Shown here: piece after piece, positions 1 to 11,969 of the stretch
How the letters are laid out: every line of letters starts with the position of its first letter
How positions within the stretch are numbered: the stretch's first letter is position 1
Source of the DNA: Macrostomum hystrix
Taxonomy: Eukaryota; Animalia; Platyhelminthes
DNA length: 64,000 nucleotides
NCBI GenBank assembly: GCA_950097015.1
Contig: CATNEN010000007.1
Span: 11,098,001 to 11,162,000 of the forward strand
Reading direction: 5' to 3'
Notes under the pieces: generated by a model
What the model was told of the DNA's origin: nothing
What the model saw: the letters and a program-made list of their open reading frames with translations, nothing else
Database searches by the model: none
Program-made: the position numbers and the translations under genes

Positions 1-1443
1 CTGGCGGAGCAGATCACTCTTATGGACTCCAGGCTGTACAGGCGCATTGAGATTCAGGTAGGTGTCCGCTTTTCCACTCCAACATTACCCAAGCCACTCC
101 AGCATTACCCAAGCCACTCCAGCATTACCCAAGCCACTCCAGCATTACCCAAGCCACTCCAGCATTACCCAAGCCACTCCAGCATTACCCAAGCCACTCC
201 AGCATTACCCAAGCCACTCCAGCATTACCCAAGCCACTCCAGCATTACCCAAGCCACTCCAGCATTACCCAAGCCACTCCAGCATTACCCAAGCCACTCC
301 AGCATTACCCAAGCCACTCCAGCATTACCCAAGCCACTCCAGAATTACCCAAGCCACTCCAGCATTGCCCTAGCCACTCCAGCATTGCCCTAGCCATCCC
401 ATATCAACTCGCAGGAGTACTTGGCATTCGTCCGCGGCCGCAGCCGGGAGCAGTTTGCCAACCTGCAGGCCTTCATCAACTCATTCAACCGGCTCGGCTT
501 CTGGGTGAAGACGCTGGTGCTGGGCTCCAAGACCACCAAGATGAAGGAGCGCCAGCGGCTGCTCAGCTACTTCCTGAAGGTGGCCGACGAGCTTAAGCGG
601 CTGCACAACTTCAACTCGCACCTGGCCATCGTGTTCAGCCTCATCAGCCTGGACCAGCTGCCTTGGCCAGGCCGGTCCGTGCGGCAGCGGCTGCGCGCCC
701 TCACCAGCTGCCTGGGCGACCAGGCCGCCTTCGCCAGAGACTACTTCCGCAACATGGGCTCCACCGAGCCGCCGCTGGTGCCCCACGTCGGCGAGGTGCT
801 GAAGTACCTCACCCGCATTCACGAGGGCGCCGTTGGCGGCGACGAGGCGTCTAAGCTGCCGCCCGATTATCCGATCGGCCGGGCCCAGCAGCTGAGCCTG
901 ACGCCCGTCATCAACTACTGGAAGTACTGGGTGTCCTTTAACTGCCTGGACTTCTGCATCCGGTTCAAGCGCTACTCAGCAAATGCCATGTGAGCCATCC
1001 GTGACTCACTATCATGCTCCAGTAGATGTACCATTCAGTAGGTGTGCCATCAGGTGATTCAGTAGGTGTGCCATCAGGTGATTCAGTAGGTGTGCCATCA
1101 GGTGATTCAGTAGGTGTGCCATCAGGTGATTCAGTAGGTGTGCCAGCAGGTGATTCAGTAGGTGTGCCATCAGGTGATTCAGTAGGTGTGCCATCAGGTG
1201 ATTCAGTAGGTGTGCCAGCAGGTGATTCAGTAGGTGTGCCATCAGGTGATTCAGTAGGTGTGATTCAGTAGCCATCGAACTGACAGCCAGCAGCTTGAGT
1301 CACCTGCCATCCCCGCCGGCAGGCACTATCCGTTCGCCTTGAACCCGGAGCTGCTGGCCTGCCTGAACAATTTCGACGGCGCCCTGTCGGAGCCGGCGCT
1401 CAATGACCTCATGGACCAGGTGCGCCAGAAGTACATTAAATGA
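1..1443 (+). CDS. RasGEF (CDC25) domain protein, C3G/RAPGEF1-like, 3' part only
   Basis: Exons <1-57 (LAEQITLMDSRLYRRIEIQ), 415-989 and 1323-1443, joined by in-frame GT-AG introns. Motifs FNRLGFWV, LHNFNSHLAI, PLVPHVG, INYWK and terminal HYPF...FDGALSEPAL follow the RasGEF catalytic domain layout of C3G. Stop TGA at 1441-1443. Confidence 0.85.
74..396. repeat. 20-bp minisatellite (CCAAGCCACTCCAGCATTAC)n in RasGEF intron
   Basis: About 16 near-perfect tandem copies filling intron 58-414. Confidence 0.95.
1034..1270. repeat. 24-bp minisatellite (ATTCAGTAGGTGTGCCATCAGGTG)n in RasGEF intron
   Basis: About 10 tandem copies inside intron 990-1322. Confidence 0.95.
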
Positions 1444-2405
1444 CGTGCAATGATTTTGTCATTGCGCTGAGAAGTTCAAGCGATTCACGTAATGAGATGA
1501 GAATGAGAAAGCAGATCTGGATTCTTGTCAAAATATTATTGCAATCAACATTTATAATTCAATATATTGCAATATTTATCATTGTTTTCTGTGTTCATAT
1601 CTGTGTTACGGATCTCCTGTCCCAGTCCCAATATTCTCATGGCCTCATCTTACTACTAATAGCGGCAGTAGCAGTAAATTTGCTGCAGTTACCGAAGCGA
1701 AATTCCGATCTCTCTGACTGTCTCTGCCGTGCATTTTGCGCCGAACCTGCGAGGCCACCCGTGTCCAGCCATCGAACTGACAGCCAGCAGCTTGAACTGC
1801 TGCTCCCCAGGCATTTCGTTTGCAAGCTTCCGCATACTCAGTGTGTCTTAGGCTGAGCCTACTACTCACTGGTCTGTAGCTGCAATGCTGTTTCAACTGA
1901 ATGTATTCCTCATGCGGCATAATTTTTATTTGCAGTTATTGAATGCGTCACAGTGTTATCACGATACTCTTGAGCAATAGATGAATTGAATAATACTGAG
2001 TATATACTATTTGAGCACAGTGTGAGCACATTGCCTACCTGACCTAAAGCAATTCCGCACCTTAATAGCTCGTATTATGTGAATTTATCCATTCTTGCGG
2101 CTAATGCGCGCTAGCAACTGTCCTGTAATCAGCACTGTGAATACCCCACCGCCTTCTGTCTGTATTTTCCTCTTTTTCTCCTATTTTTCAGATATTTTGG
2201 TCACCGAAGCTGTTCGATCAAATTTGTTAAGCTTTGGCGTATACAAATTATTGTTAATAAAAGTGAAAGCAAAAAAGCTAGGACAAAAATTAGCTTGGCC
2301 TTTTATTTGCCGGCTAACCAGATGATGTACATGATCTATACATGGTGTACATGATGTCGCATGCCCTTTTTGTTCTTTTCTTTAAGTTCAGATACCGTAG
2401 AATAG

Positions 2406-2525
2406 TACCTCAGTGCGTCCAAAAAGTTCTTTGACACCCCTAATATCTGTGCATGTGTTCGACCGATTTTGTTGAAAAAAGACACAATCATAAATTCATA
2501 TGTAATGAATCCAGCGCTAAAGTTT
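2406..2525 (+). mobile_element. Solo terminus of the mariner family found at 52450-53805
   Basis: TACCTCAGTGCGTCCAAAAAGTTCTTTGACACCCCTAATATCTGTGCATGTGTTCGACCG... aligns over about 120 bp with 52450 onward. Confidence 0.85.
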
Positions 2526-2661
2526 TAACTTAGAAGCACTAAGGCCTTGATGGCACATGAGGGCACACAAGATCAGGTAGCAGCTACTTGCAGTAGGCAA
2601 GATTGGCTAGCTGGTACCTGAGCCCCAGCACAGGTACGAGGTATTGAGGTATGAAAGCGCA

Positions 2662-5120
2662 GGTCAGATCAGGATCCAGCTGCCAGCAACAGTCAGTCAG
2701 TCAGATCAGGATCCAGCTGCCAGCAACAGTCAGTCAGTCAGATCAGGATCCAGCTGCCAGCAACAGTCAGTCAGTCAGATCAGGATCCAGCTGCCAGCAA
2801 CAGTCAGTCAGTCAGATCAGGATCCAGCTGCCAGCAACAGTCAGTCAGTCAGATCAGGATCCAGCTGCCAGCAACAGTCAGTCAGTCAGATCAGGATCCA
2901 GCTGCCAGCAACAGTCAGTCAGTCAGATCAGGATCCAGCTGCCAGCAACAGTCAGTCAGTCAGATCAGGATCCAGCTGCCAGCAACAATCAGTCAGTCAG
3001 ATCAGGATCCAGCAGCCAGGAACAGTCAGTCAGCCAGTCAGATCAGGATCCAGCAGCCAGGAACAGTCAGTCAGCCAGTCAGATCAGGATCCAGCAGCCA
3101 GGAACAGTCAGTCAGTCAGATCAGGATCCAGCAGCCAGCAACAGTCAGTCAGTCAGATCAGGATCCAGCTGCCAGCAACAGTCAGATCAAGGATCCAGCT
3201 GCCAGCAACAGTCAGTCAGTCCGATCAGGATCCAGCCGCCAGCAACAGTCAGTCAGTCAGATCAGGATCCAGCTGCCAGCAACAGTCAGTCAGTCAGATC
3301 AGGATCCAGCTGCCAGCAACAGTCAGTCAGCCAGTCAGATCAGGATCCAGCAGCCAGGAACAGTCAGTCAGTCAGATCAGGATCCAGCAGCCAGCAACAG
3401 TCAGTCAGTCAGATCAGGATCCAGCAGCCAGCAACAGTCAGATCAGGATCCAGCTGCCAGCAACAGTCAGATCAAGGATCCAGCTGCCAGCAACAGTCAG
3501 TCAGTCAGATCAGGATCCAGCTGCCAGCAACAGTCAGTCAGTCAGATCAGGATCCAGCTGCCAGCAACAGTCAGTCAGTCAGATCAGGATCCAGCTGCCA
3601 GCAACAGTCAGTCAGTCAGATCAGGATCCAGCTGCCAGCAACAGTCAGTCAGTCAGATCAGGATCCAGCAGCCAGGAACAGTCAGTCAGCCAGTCAGATC
3701 AGGATCCAGCAGCCAGGAACAGTCAGTCAGCCAGTCAGATCAGGATCCAGCAGCCAGGAACAGTCAGTCAGTCAGATCAGGATCCAGCAGCCAGCAACAG
3801 TCAGTCAGTCAGATCAGGATCCAGCAGCCAGCAACAGTCAGATCAGGATCCAGCTGCCAGCAACAGTCAGATCAAGGATCCAGCTGCCAGCAACAGTCAG
3901 TCAGTCAGATCAGGATCCAGCAGCCAGCAACAGTCAGATCAGGATCCAGCTGCCAGCAACAGTCAGATCAAGGATCCAGCTGCCAGCAACAGTCAGTCAG
4001 TCAGATCAGGATCCAGCTGCCAGCAACAGTCAGTCAGTCAGATCAGGATCCAGCTGCCAGCAACAGTCAGTCAGTCAGATCAGGATCCAGCTGCCAGCAA
4101 CAGTCAGTCAGTCAGATCAGGATCCAGCTGCCAGCAACAGTCAGTCAGTCAGATCAGGATCCAGCAGCCAGGAACAGTCAGTCAGCCAGTCAGATCAGGA
4201 TCCAGCAGCCAGGAACAGTCAGTCAGCCAGTCAGATCAGGATCCAGCAGCCAGGAACAGTCAGTCAGTCAGATCAGGATCCAGCAGCCAGCAACAGTCAG
4301 TCAGTCAGATCAGGATCCAGCAGCCAGCAACAGTCAGATCAGGATCCAGCTGCCAGCAACAGTCAGATCAAGGATCCAGCTGCCAGCAACAGTCAGTCAG
4401 TCCGATCAGGATCCAGCCGCCAGCAACAGTCAGTCAGTCAGATCAGGATCCAGCTGCCAGCAACAGTCAGTCAGTCAGATCAGGATCCAGCTGCCAGCAA
4501 CAGTCAGTCAGCCAGTCAGATCAGGATCCAGCAGCCAGGAACAGTCAGTCAGTCAGATCAGGATCCAGCAGCCAGCAACAGTCAGTCAGTCAGATCAGGA
4601 TCCAGCAGCCAGCAACAGTCAGATCAGGATCCAGCTGCCAGCAACAGTCAGTCAGTCAGATCAGGATCCAGCTGCCAGGAACAGTCAGCCAGTCAGATCA
4701 GGATCCAGCAGCCAGGAACAGTCAGCCAGTCAGATCAGGATCCAGCTGCCAGCAACAGTCAGTCAGTCAGATCAGGATCCAGCAGCCAGGAACAGTCAGC
4801 CAGTCAGATCAGGATCCAGCTGCCAGCAACAGTCAGTCAGTCAGATCAGGATCCAGCTGCCAGCAACAGTCAGTCAGCCAGTCAGATCAGGATCCAGCAG
4901 CCAGGAACAGTCAGTCAGTCAGATCAGGATCCAGCTGCCAGCAACAGTCAGCCAGTCAGATCAGGATCCAGCAGCCAGGAACAGTCAGATCAAGATCCAG
5001 CAGCCAGGAACAGTCAGCCAGTCAGATCAGGATCCAGCTGCCAGCAACAGTCAGCCAGTCAGATCAGGATCCAGCAGCCAGCAACAGTCAGTCAGTCAGC
5101 CAGTCAGATCAGAATCCAGC
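2662..5120. repeat. 37-bp satellite (CAGATCAGGATCCAGCTGCCAGCAACAGTCAGTCAGT)n with shorter and longer length variants
   Basis: About 2.45 kb tandem array. Length variants come from changes in the number of CAGT units. Confidence 0.95.
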
Positions 5121-5567
5121 AGTTGTACTTCAGTGCCCTATTTATCAGCACAGCATACAAACGAAAGCCCTTGAAATCCGTGACCAATTCGTGTTCAGCT
5201 GAATTCGGCCTCTAGTCGAGTGCAAAATATCAAGAAATCATTTTTTTATTTTATAAACAAAAAGTGCAGCTTAATGTTAAAAAAGGTAAAAAGGCGATCT
5301 GAGCATGTACTCACTATACAGGCGTCATAAGTCCGAGTACAATAAGGAGCCTTTTATTCCCTAATAATAAACTTCTAGCAACCATAGAAATGGCTTATTG
5401 ATGAAGTAGAGAACTAAAGCACAACCCTAAACACTAGCCTGAGGTCCACAGCAAACAAAAATAATTTCACTAGGCTGTCAGTGAGTGACATACAATGCTA
5501 GCCTATGTCACGGCTTAATGTGACATGGTGACATAATGTCAGTGGTGAGTGAGCAGCTACTCGCTGG

Positions 5568-6314
5568 TCATGCGATGAGCAGCCACACGCCGAAGAGCAC
5601 AGCTATCCAGAGGAACACTCGGCTCACCAGGGGTCCCAGCAGGTCTGACAGCTCCAGCTGCTCCAGGCACTCCTGCAGCTCCAGCATGAGATCTGAAACA
5701 GACCTCTGGCCTGTGAATGCTGCACACCTCACTCCCCTCATCACTCCCTTAATACTACCCTGCCTCATCCCTACACTGCCTCATCACAACACGGCCTCAT
5801 CACCCCCTGCCTCATCACTACCATGCCTCATCACTCCCCTGCATCATCACCCCTCCCTCATCAATCCCTGCCTCATCACTCTCTTTTCCTTTGTCACTCT
5901 CCAGAGGAGTAGAAAGTGGCCCTTAGAAGCGCAGTTTCGCTCACCATTCAGCGACAGGCGGAAGCTGCCGTCGGCGCCGGCGAGGCCCGGATCGATGCCG
6001 ACGGTGATGCGCAGGCCGCCCAGCAGCAGCTGTCGGTGTCCGGACCGCTCCCGCAGCTGGTGGCCGCTGGGCCGCGGTGGCACGACCGTCCCGCCTTCGA
6101 CCCTGTCGGCGCGGCCGTAGACCGGCACGAGGGAGTCCACGCTGATGGCGCCCTTGCACACTGGGCAGCTGGGCGCCTCCGGCCGAGCCACCAGCCAGCG
6201 GTGCAGGCAGGGCCAACAGAACAGGTGGCCGCACAGACTCACCACCGGCTCTGTCACCGGATCCAGGCAGATGTTGCACTCAAACTCGCGACCTCCGCGA
6301 GCCGCTTCAGTCAT
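5568..6314 (-). CDS. RNF5/RNF185-like C3HC4 RING E3 ubiquitin ligase, tail-anchored
   Basis: Exons 6314-5945 and 5710-5568 (phase-1 GTGAGC...CACAG intron). FECNICLD...CGHLFCWPCLHRW...CPVCKG...VPVYGR, PPRPSG, and a C-terminal hydrophobic tail SRVFLWIAVLFGVWLLIA. Confidence 0.9.
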
Positions 6315-6367
6315 GAGGAAACCGGGGCTGCTGCTGCTGCAAACTGTGCATCAGGAAATACTTCAGT

Positions 6368-6720
6368 GTGACTACAGCCACTATGATCACAGCCAGTATG
6401 ATCACAGCTACTATGACTACAGCCACTATGACTACAGCCACTATGACTACAGCCACCATGACTACAGCCACTATGACTAGAGCCACTCTCCAGGGTTTTC
6501 TTGTCACTCTCCAGAGGAGTAGAAAGTGGCCATTAGAAGCCCAGTTTCGCTCACCATTCATCGACAGGCGGAAGCTGCCGTCGGCGCTATGATTACAGCC
6601 ACTATGACTACAACCATTATGACTACAGCCACTAGGATCACAACTACTATGATTACAGCCACTATGACTACAGCCACTATGATTACAGCAACTATGACTG
6701 CAACCATTATGACTACAGTA
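6368..6720. repeat. 15-bp minisatellite (ACTATGACTACAGCC)n, interrupted by a copied gene fragment
   Basis: Tandem copies at 6368-6480 and 6588-6720. Confidence 0.9.
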
Positions 6721-7615
6721 TGTATTACTGCAGCCAGTGACCTAACAGTCAGCAACATAAAAAGAAGGTGCTAAAGATGTACACAACGGGTTGGGCATTG
6801 GAACCGTGAGTGATTTATTGCAGACACCCTGTGTCATCGATGGCTTAGTGATAGGCAAGCAGGACAAAATAAATAAAAAGACCCGAGGTAGGGAGGCCAC
6901 CTTCGGGGCGTCATCGAAATCTGTCATTTAGAATATCAGAAGATGCTTTGATAGACTACTTACAGTAACAAGCAGAGAATGTGCAGTCTCGGCTGAGCCT
7001 GCGCGGGTCAGAGGCGCGAGGAGGAAGGCAGAAAGGAGGTAGAAAGAGGGGAGAAAATGGGGGTAGGAAGGCGGGCGGCGGAGGGTGGAAGAGATTCTAA
7101 GACAGGAGAAAAAAACAAAACCTTAAAGTACAGAATGTACTCCAGCCTGTACAAAGTGCATTTTAAACTCGGTCAATAGGCCAGCTGAATAAAGTGCAAC
7201 AATAAAACAGAGGAATCTGAAACATCTTCGGAATCTAAAATTCGCATAGATAATAAAAGTACAACACAGTACAATACAGGAACCAATCAGCAAGGAGCTG
7301 AAATTCTCGAGTAGACAAAGGGGTCAGTAGGCAGTAGCCAGCAGGCATGTGTTCTCTCAAACGCACGTCAAAACAGTTCTAACATCAGTAGTATGCATGC
7401 AGTAGTATAAAAAATATATGCGATTTAATTTTGTCCATTTCGAGTGTCGGACACATTCAAGCGACTGCACTGGCAGTGCGGGTAGCGAGTAGGAACAGTA
7501 AAAGTACATGATATCACTTGAACTTATGTCAACAATGGCAAAGTCCCAATAGCTAACTAATACAAACACTAAATAAAGATGAGAATCAGATTTCAACGGA
7601 ATCACAATGGGGAAG

Positions 7616-8411
7616 CGTGAGTCCTCACAGATCCCATCTGACAGGATGGCATGAGTCCTCACAGATCCCATCTGACAGGATGGCGTGAGTCCTCACGGAT
7701 CCCATCTGACAGGATGGCGTGAGTCTTCACAGATCCTATCTGACAGGATGGCGAGTCCTCACAGATCCCATCTGACAGGATGGCGTGAGTCTTCACAGAT
7801 CCTATCTGACAGGATGGCGAGTCCTCACAGATCCTATCTGACAGGATGGCGTGAGTCCTCACGGATCCCATCTGACAGGATGGCGTGAGTCCTCACAGAT
7901 CCCATCTGACAGGATGGCGTGAGTCCTCACAGATCCCATCTGACAGGATGGCGTGAGTCCTCACAGATCCCATCTGACAGGATGGCGTGAGTCCTCACAG
8001 ATCCCATCTGACAGGATGGCGTGAGTCCTCACAGATCCCATCTGACAGGATGGCGTGAGTCCTCACAGATCCCATCTGACAGGATGGCGTGAGTCCTCAC
8101 AGATCCCATCTGACAGGATGGCGTGAGTCCTCACAGATCCCATCTGACAGGATGGCGTGAGTCCTCACGGATCCCATCTGACAGGATGGCGTGAGTCCTC
8201 ACAGATCCCATCTGACAGGATGGCGTGAGTCTTCACAGATCCTATCTGACAGGATGGCGAGTCCTCACAGATCCTATCTGACAGGATGGCGTGAGTCCTC
8301 ACAGATCCTATCTGACAGGATGGCGTGAGTCCTCACGGATCCCATCTGACAGGATGGCGTGAGTCCTCACAGATCCCATCTGACAGGATGGCGTGAGTCC
8401 TCACGGATCCC
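7616..8411. repeat. 34-bp minisatellite (GTGAGTCCTCACAGATCCCATCTGACAGGATGGC)n
   Basis: About 23 head-to-tail copies with no spacers. Each unit holds two short inverted repeats. Confidence 0.95.
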
Positions 8412-8490
8412 AGAAACCAGGGAAGCGTGAACGCAGTACAGGTGAGTCGCAATCTGCAAAGTGCTTGGCGGCTCGCGGGCCCCGCATGGC

Positions 8491-10845
8491 TCACACGCGC
8501 AGGATCTCCAGGCAGTTGTTGTAGCAGATGCCAATCCAGTCGGTGTGGGCGCTGCTCCACTGGATCTGGTTGATCTCGCCGGCTGCTGTGTAGGCCAGGA
8601 TCGGGTCCTCTACAGCCCGCGGCATGTGCTGCAGATCCCAGATCAGCGCCTGGTAGTCATCGGCTGCGGAAGATTTGGAGGGTGAGGAAAAATTAACATA
8701 ATTCTAATACTATCTCGGCGAACTGTGTCCACCTCGGAACAAGCCAACTGGACTGGACAAGCCCAATGTCCAGTCCGAACAAGCCAACTGGACTGGACAA
8801 GCCCAATGTCCATTCCGAACAAGCCCAATGTCCAGTCCGAACAAGCCCAATGTCCAGTCCGAACAAGCCCAATGTCCAGTTCGCACAAGCCCAATGTCCA
8901 GTCCGAACAAGCCCAATGTCCAGTTCGCACAAGCCCAATGTCCAGTCCGAACAAGCCCAATGTCCAGTCCGCACAAGCCCAATGTCCAGTTCGCACAAGC
9001 CCAATGTCCAGTCCGCACAAGCCCGGTGCCCACTAACCGGCCGTGCAGATGTGACAGGCGCTGTGCGGCGCCCAGGCGAGGCCGTTGACGGAGGCCCGGT
9101 GGTTGGTGAGGCGGGCCACGGGGGCGCACGGCACGCGAGTGTCCAGCACAATCACCTCGGAGGCGTCCATGGCGAAGGTGGCCAGGTAGTTGGGGTCCTG
9201 GCGGTTCCAGGCCAGCCGCAGCAGGGGGCTGTGCCCGGGGTCCTCGTAGATTATGGTGGAGTGCTCCAGGTGGCGCAGGTCGAACATCCGCACGGAGCCG
9301 TCGGCGCCGACGCTGGCGAACATGTCCCGGCCGCCGCCCTGCCGGCTGAAGGCGATGTCGTAGACCTCCTTGTCGTGCGCGATCAACTGGGTCTTCACGT
9401 GACCGCTCACCACGCGGCCGACCACCTGGCCTGTCTGCGAGACGGGGCAACGGGTAGGCCAGCGCAGGTTGATAGTGGGTCAGTGAGGGTCAATCAAGGG
9501 TCAGTGAGGGCCAATCAAGGGTCAGTGAGGGTCAATCAAGGGTCAGTGAGGGCCAATCAAGGGTCAGTGAGGGTCAATCAAGGGTCAGTGAGGGCCAATC
9601 AAGGGTCAGTGAGGGTCAATCAAGGGTCAGTGAGGGTCAATCCAGGGTCAGTGAGGGTCAATCAAGGGACCCAACTGGCGGGTCAATGCCGAGTGGGCAG
9701 TAGCTGCTCACCTCGAGACCCCAGATGGTGCAGGTGGTGTCGATGCTGGAGGTGCCGATGATGTTGGGATCGACCTCGTTCCAGTCGAATGAGGTGAGCG
9801 GCGCGCAGAAGTCGGAGTTCTTGTTGTTGTTGAGCAGGCACTCCAGCTTGGTCTCGGTGTCGGAGACCACTCGCCAGACGCGCAGGTAGTCGCCGCTGGT
9901 GGCCAGAAGGTCGGCTGTGCTGGCCGAGACCTTGCTGTCCGGCAGCCACATGATGCGCGTGGTCGGGTACGGGTGGTCGAAGGTGCTGCGACACATCAGC
10001 TCGCTGCGCTCCTCGTCCAACGACACGATCTGCAGCCGGCGGGGAACTAAATATCTAGCTGACATCCAACTAAATATCTAGCTGACATCCAACTAAATAT
10101 CTAGCTGACATCCAACTAAATATCTAGCTGACATCCAACTGAATAACTAGCTGACATCCAACTGAATATCTAGCTGACATCCAACTGAATATCTAGCTGA
10201 CATCCAACTGAATATCTAGCTGACATCCAACTGAATATCTAGCTGACATCCAACTGAATATCTAGCTGACATCCAACTGAATATCTAGCTGACATCCAAC
10301 TGAATATCTAGCTGACATCCAACTAAATATCTAGCTGACATCTAACTGAATATCTAGCTGACATCCAACTGAATATCTAGCTGACATCCAACTGAATATC
10401 TAGCTGACATCCAACTGAATATCTAGCTGACATCCAACTAAATATCTAGCTGACATCCAACTAAATATCTAGCTGACATCCAACTGAATATCTAGCTGAC
10501 ATCCAACTGAATATCTAGCTGACATCCAACTGAATAACTAGCTGACATCCAACTGAATATCTAGCTGACATCCAACTGAATATCTAGCTGACATCCACCT
10601 GAATGTCTAGCTGACATCCACCTGAATGTCTAGCTGACATCCAACAGAGTGAATCTGAAATGCCGCACCTGCAGCTTGTTGTTGTACTCCTCCACGAAGG
10701 AGCCCAGCGCCAGGCGGAAGCCTTTGTCAGGCCGCACGGACCAGTTCATGCTGTACACTGGCCAGGGCGCCTCGTACTTATAGATCTCCTTCTTCTTGTG
10801 GGCGCCGCCGCCGGCCGCTGGCCCAGTGAGATGGTGGCCCTGCAT
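8491..10845 (-). CDS. DCAF7: DDB1- and CUL4-associated factor 7 (WDR68/Han11) WD40 protein
   Basis: Exons 10845-10669, 10029-9712, 9434-9038, 8663-8491. [11 protein letters not shown]...[42 protein letters not shown] and the C-terminus [11 protein letters not shown] match DCAF7. Confidence 0.97.
8737..9023. repeat. 22-bp minisatellite (AAGCCCAATGTCCAGTCCGAAC)n, DCAF7 intron 3
   Basis: Tandem copies within intron 8664-9037. Confidence 0.9.
9477..9669. repeat. 21-bp minisatellite (CAATCAAGGGTCAGTGAGGGT)n, DCAF7 intron 2
   Basis: About 9 copies. Confidence 0.9.
10046..10645. repeat. 23-bp minisatellite (ATATCTAGCTGACATCCAACTGA)n, DCAF7 intron 1
   Basis: About 26 copies occupying nearly all of intron 10030-10668. 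Confidence 0.95.
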
Positions 10846-11028
10846 GGCTGCTGCTGCTGCTGCTGTTGCTGATGCACCTTTAACGGCGGGCAACACCGCT
10901 GCAAATTAATCGTTTTACGAGTACTTGTGTTTGAAATTTTTAAATCGAATATATATATATATTTCATCTAATATATCGTATTACATATATATCATGTACA
11001 TCAGACCAGTCATCACATGATAAATCAC

Positions 11029-11460
11029 ATGACTGGGGTGTCAGGTGATGGGCTATCAGATGACTGGGGTGTCAGGTGATGGGCTATCAGATCACTGGAG
11101 TGTCAGGTGATGGGCTATCAGATGACTGGGGTGTCAGGTGATGGGCTATCAGATCACTGGAGTGTCAGGTGATGGGCTATCAGATCACTGGGGTGTCAAA
11201 TGATGAGCTATGGCATGACTGGGGTGTCAGGTGATGGGCTATCAGATGACTGGGGTGTCAGGTGATGGGCTATCAGATCACTGGAGTGTCAGGCGATGGG
11301 CTATCAGATCACTGGGGTGTCAAATGATGGGCTATGGCATGACTGGGGTGTCAAATGATGGGCTATCAGATGACTGGGGTGTCAAATGATGGGCTATGGC
11401 ATGACTGGGGTGTCAAATGAAGGGCTATCAGATGACTGGGGTGTCAGGTGATGGGCTATG
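11029..11460. repeat. 31-bp minisatellite (GATGACTGGGGTGTCAGGTGATGGGCTATCA)n
   Basis: About 14 copies. Confidence 0.9.
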
Positions 11461-11969
11461 GGACGACTAGAGTTTCAGGTATGGGCAGTTAGAAACCATA
11501 TCCCTCGCAAAAGAGTAAGACAGAGTTAATTGTAAAAGTTCGATTTCCGTATAATTCAATTAAAACTGAAGTTGCGGCATGCGAAACTAATAAAAAGTGG
11601 GTCGCGGGGCGTCCCACTGCGGGGGTGTCCCAATCGGGTCCGGTAGTTAAAAAACTGCAGATGGTGGCGAACTCGACAGAGGAAAATCAGAGCGGAATTT
11701 GAAAGAATGAGCAAATCGGTCTCTCCGCCAATATTAGTGGAGACTGCAGGTGAATCAACAACTGCATCTATATGTACATCTGTAATACAAGTCTGGAATA
11801 CAGTGATTGGCTGAGAAATCTGAAAAACAATCGGTACATGCGCTATTAGGCAGGAACTGTGAAGCATCATACAACAGAGTGAACTGCGCGCTTTGGAATC
11901 ACACTTGATACCACTGGCCTGCTGTGCCAGCTGCAAACCTGCCCGGTTGCTGGGTCAAAGGCTATATGG

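Noticed and set aside
2644-5215. Two ORFs of more than 850 aa
   Set aside because: They are translations of the stop-free 37-bp satellite, with the same peptides cycling through frames. There is no unique coding sequence or domain.
7616-8411. CRISPR-like 34-bp palindromic repeat
   Set aside because: Units are head-to-tail with no unique spacers, there are no cas genes, and the context is eukaryotic
11556-11936. 126-aa ORF or structured RNA between two arrays
   Set aside because: No recognisable domain, codon bias or snRNA/SL motif
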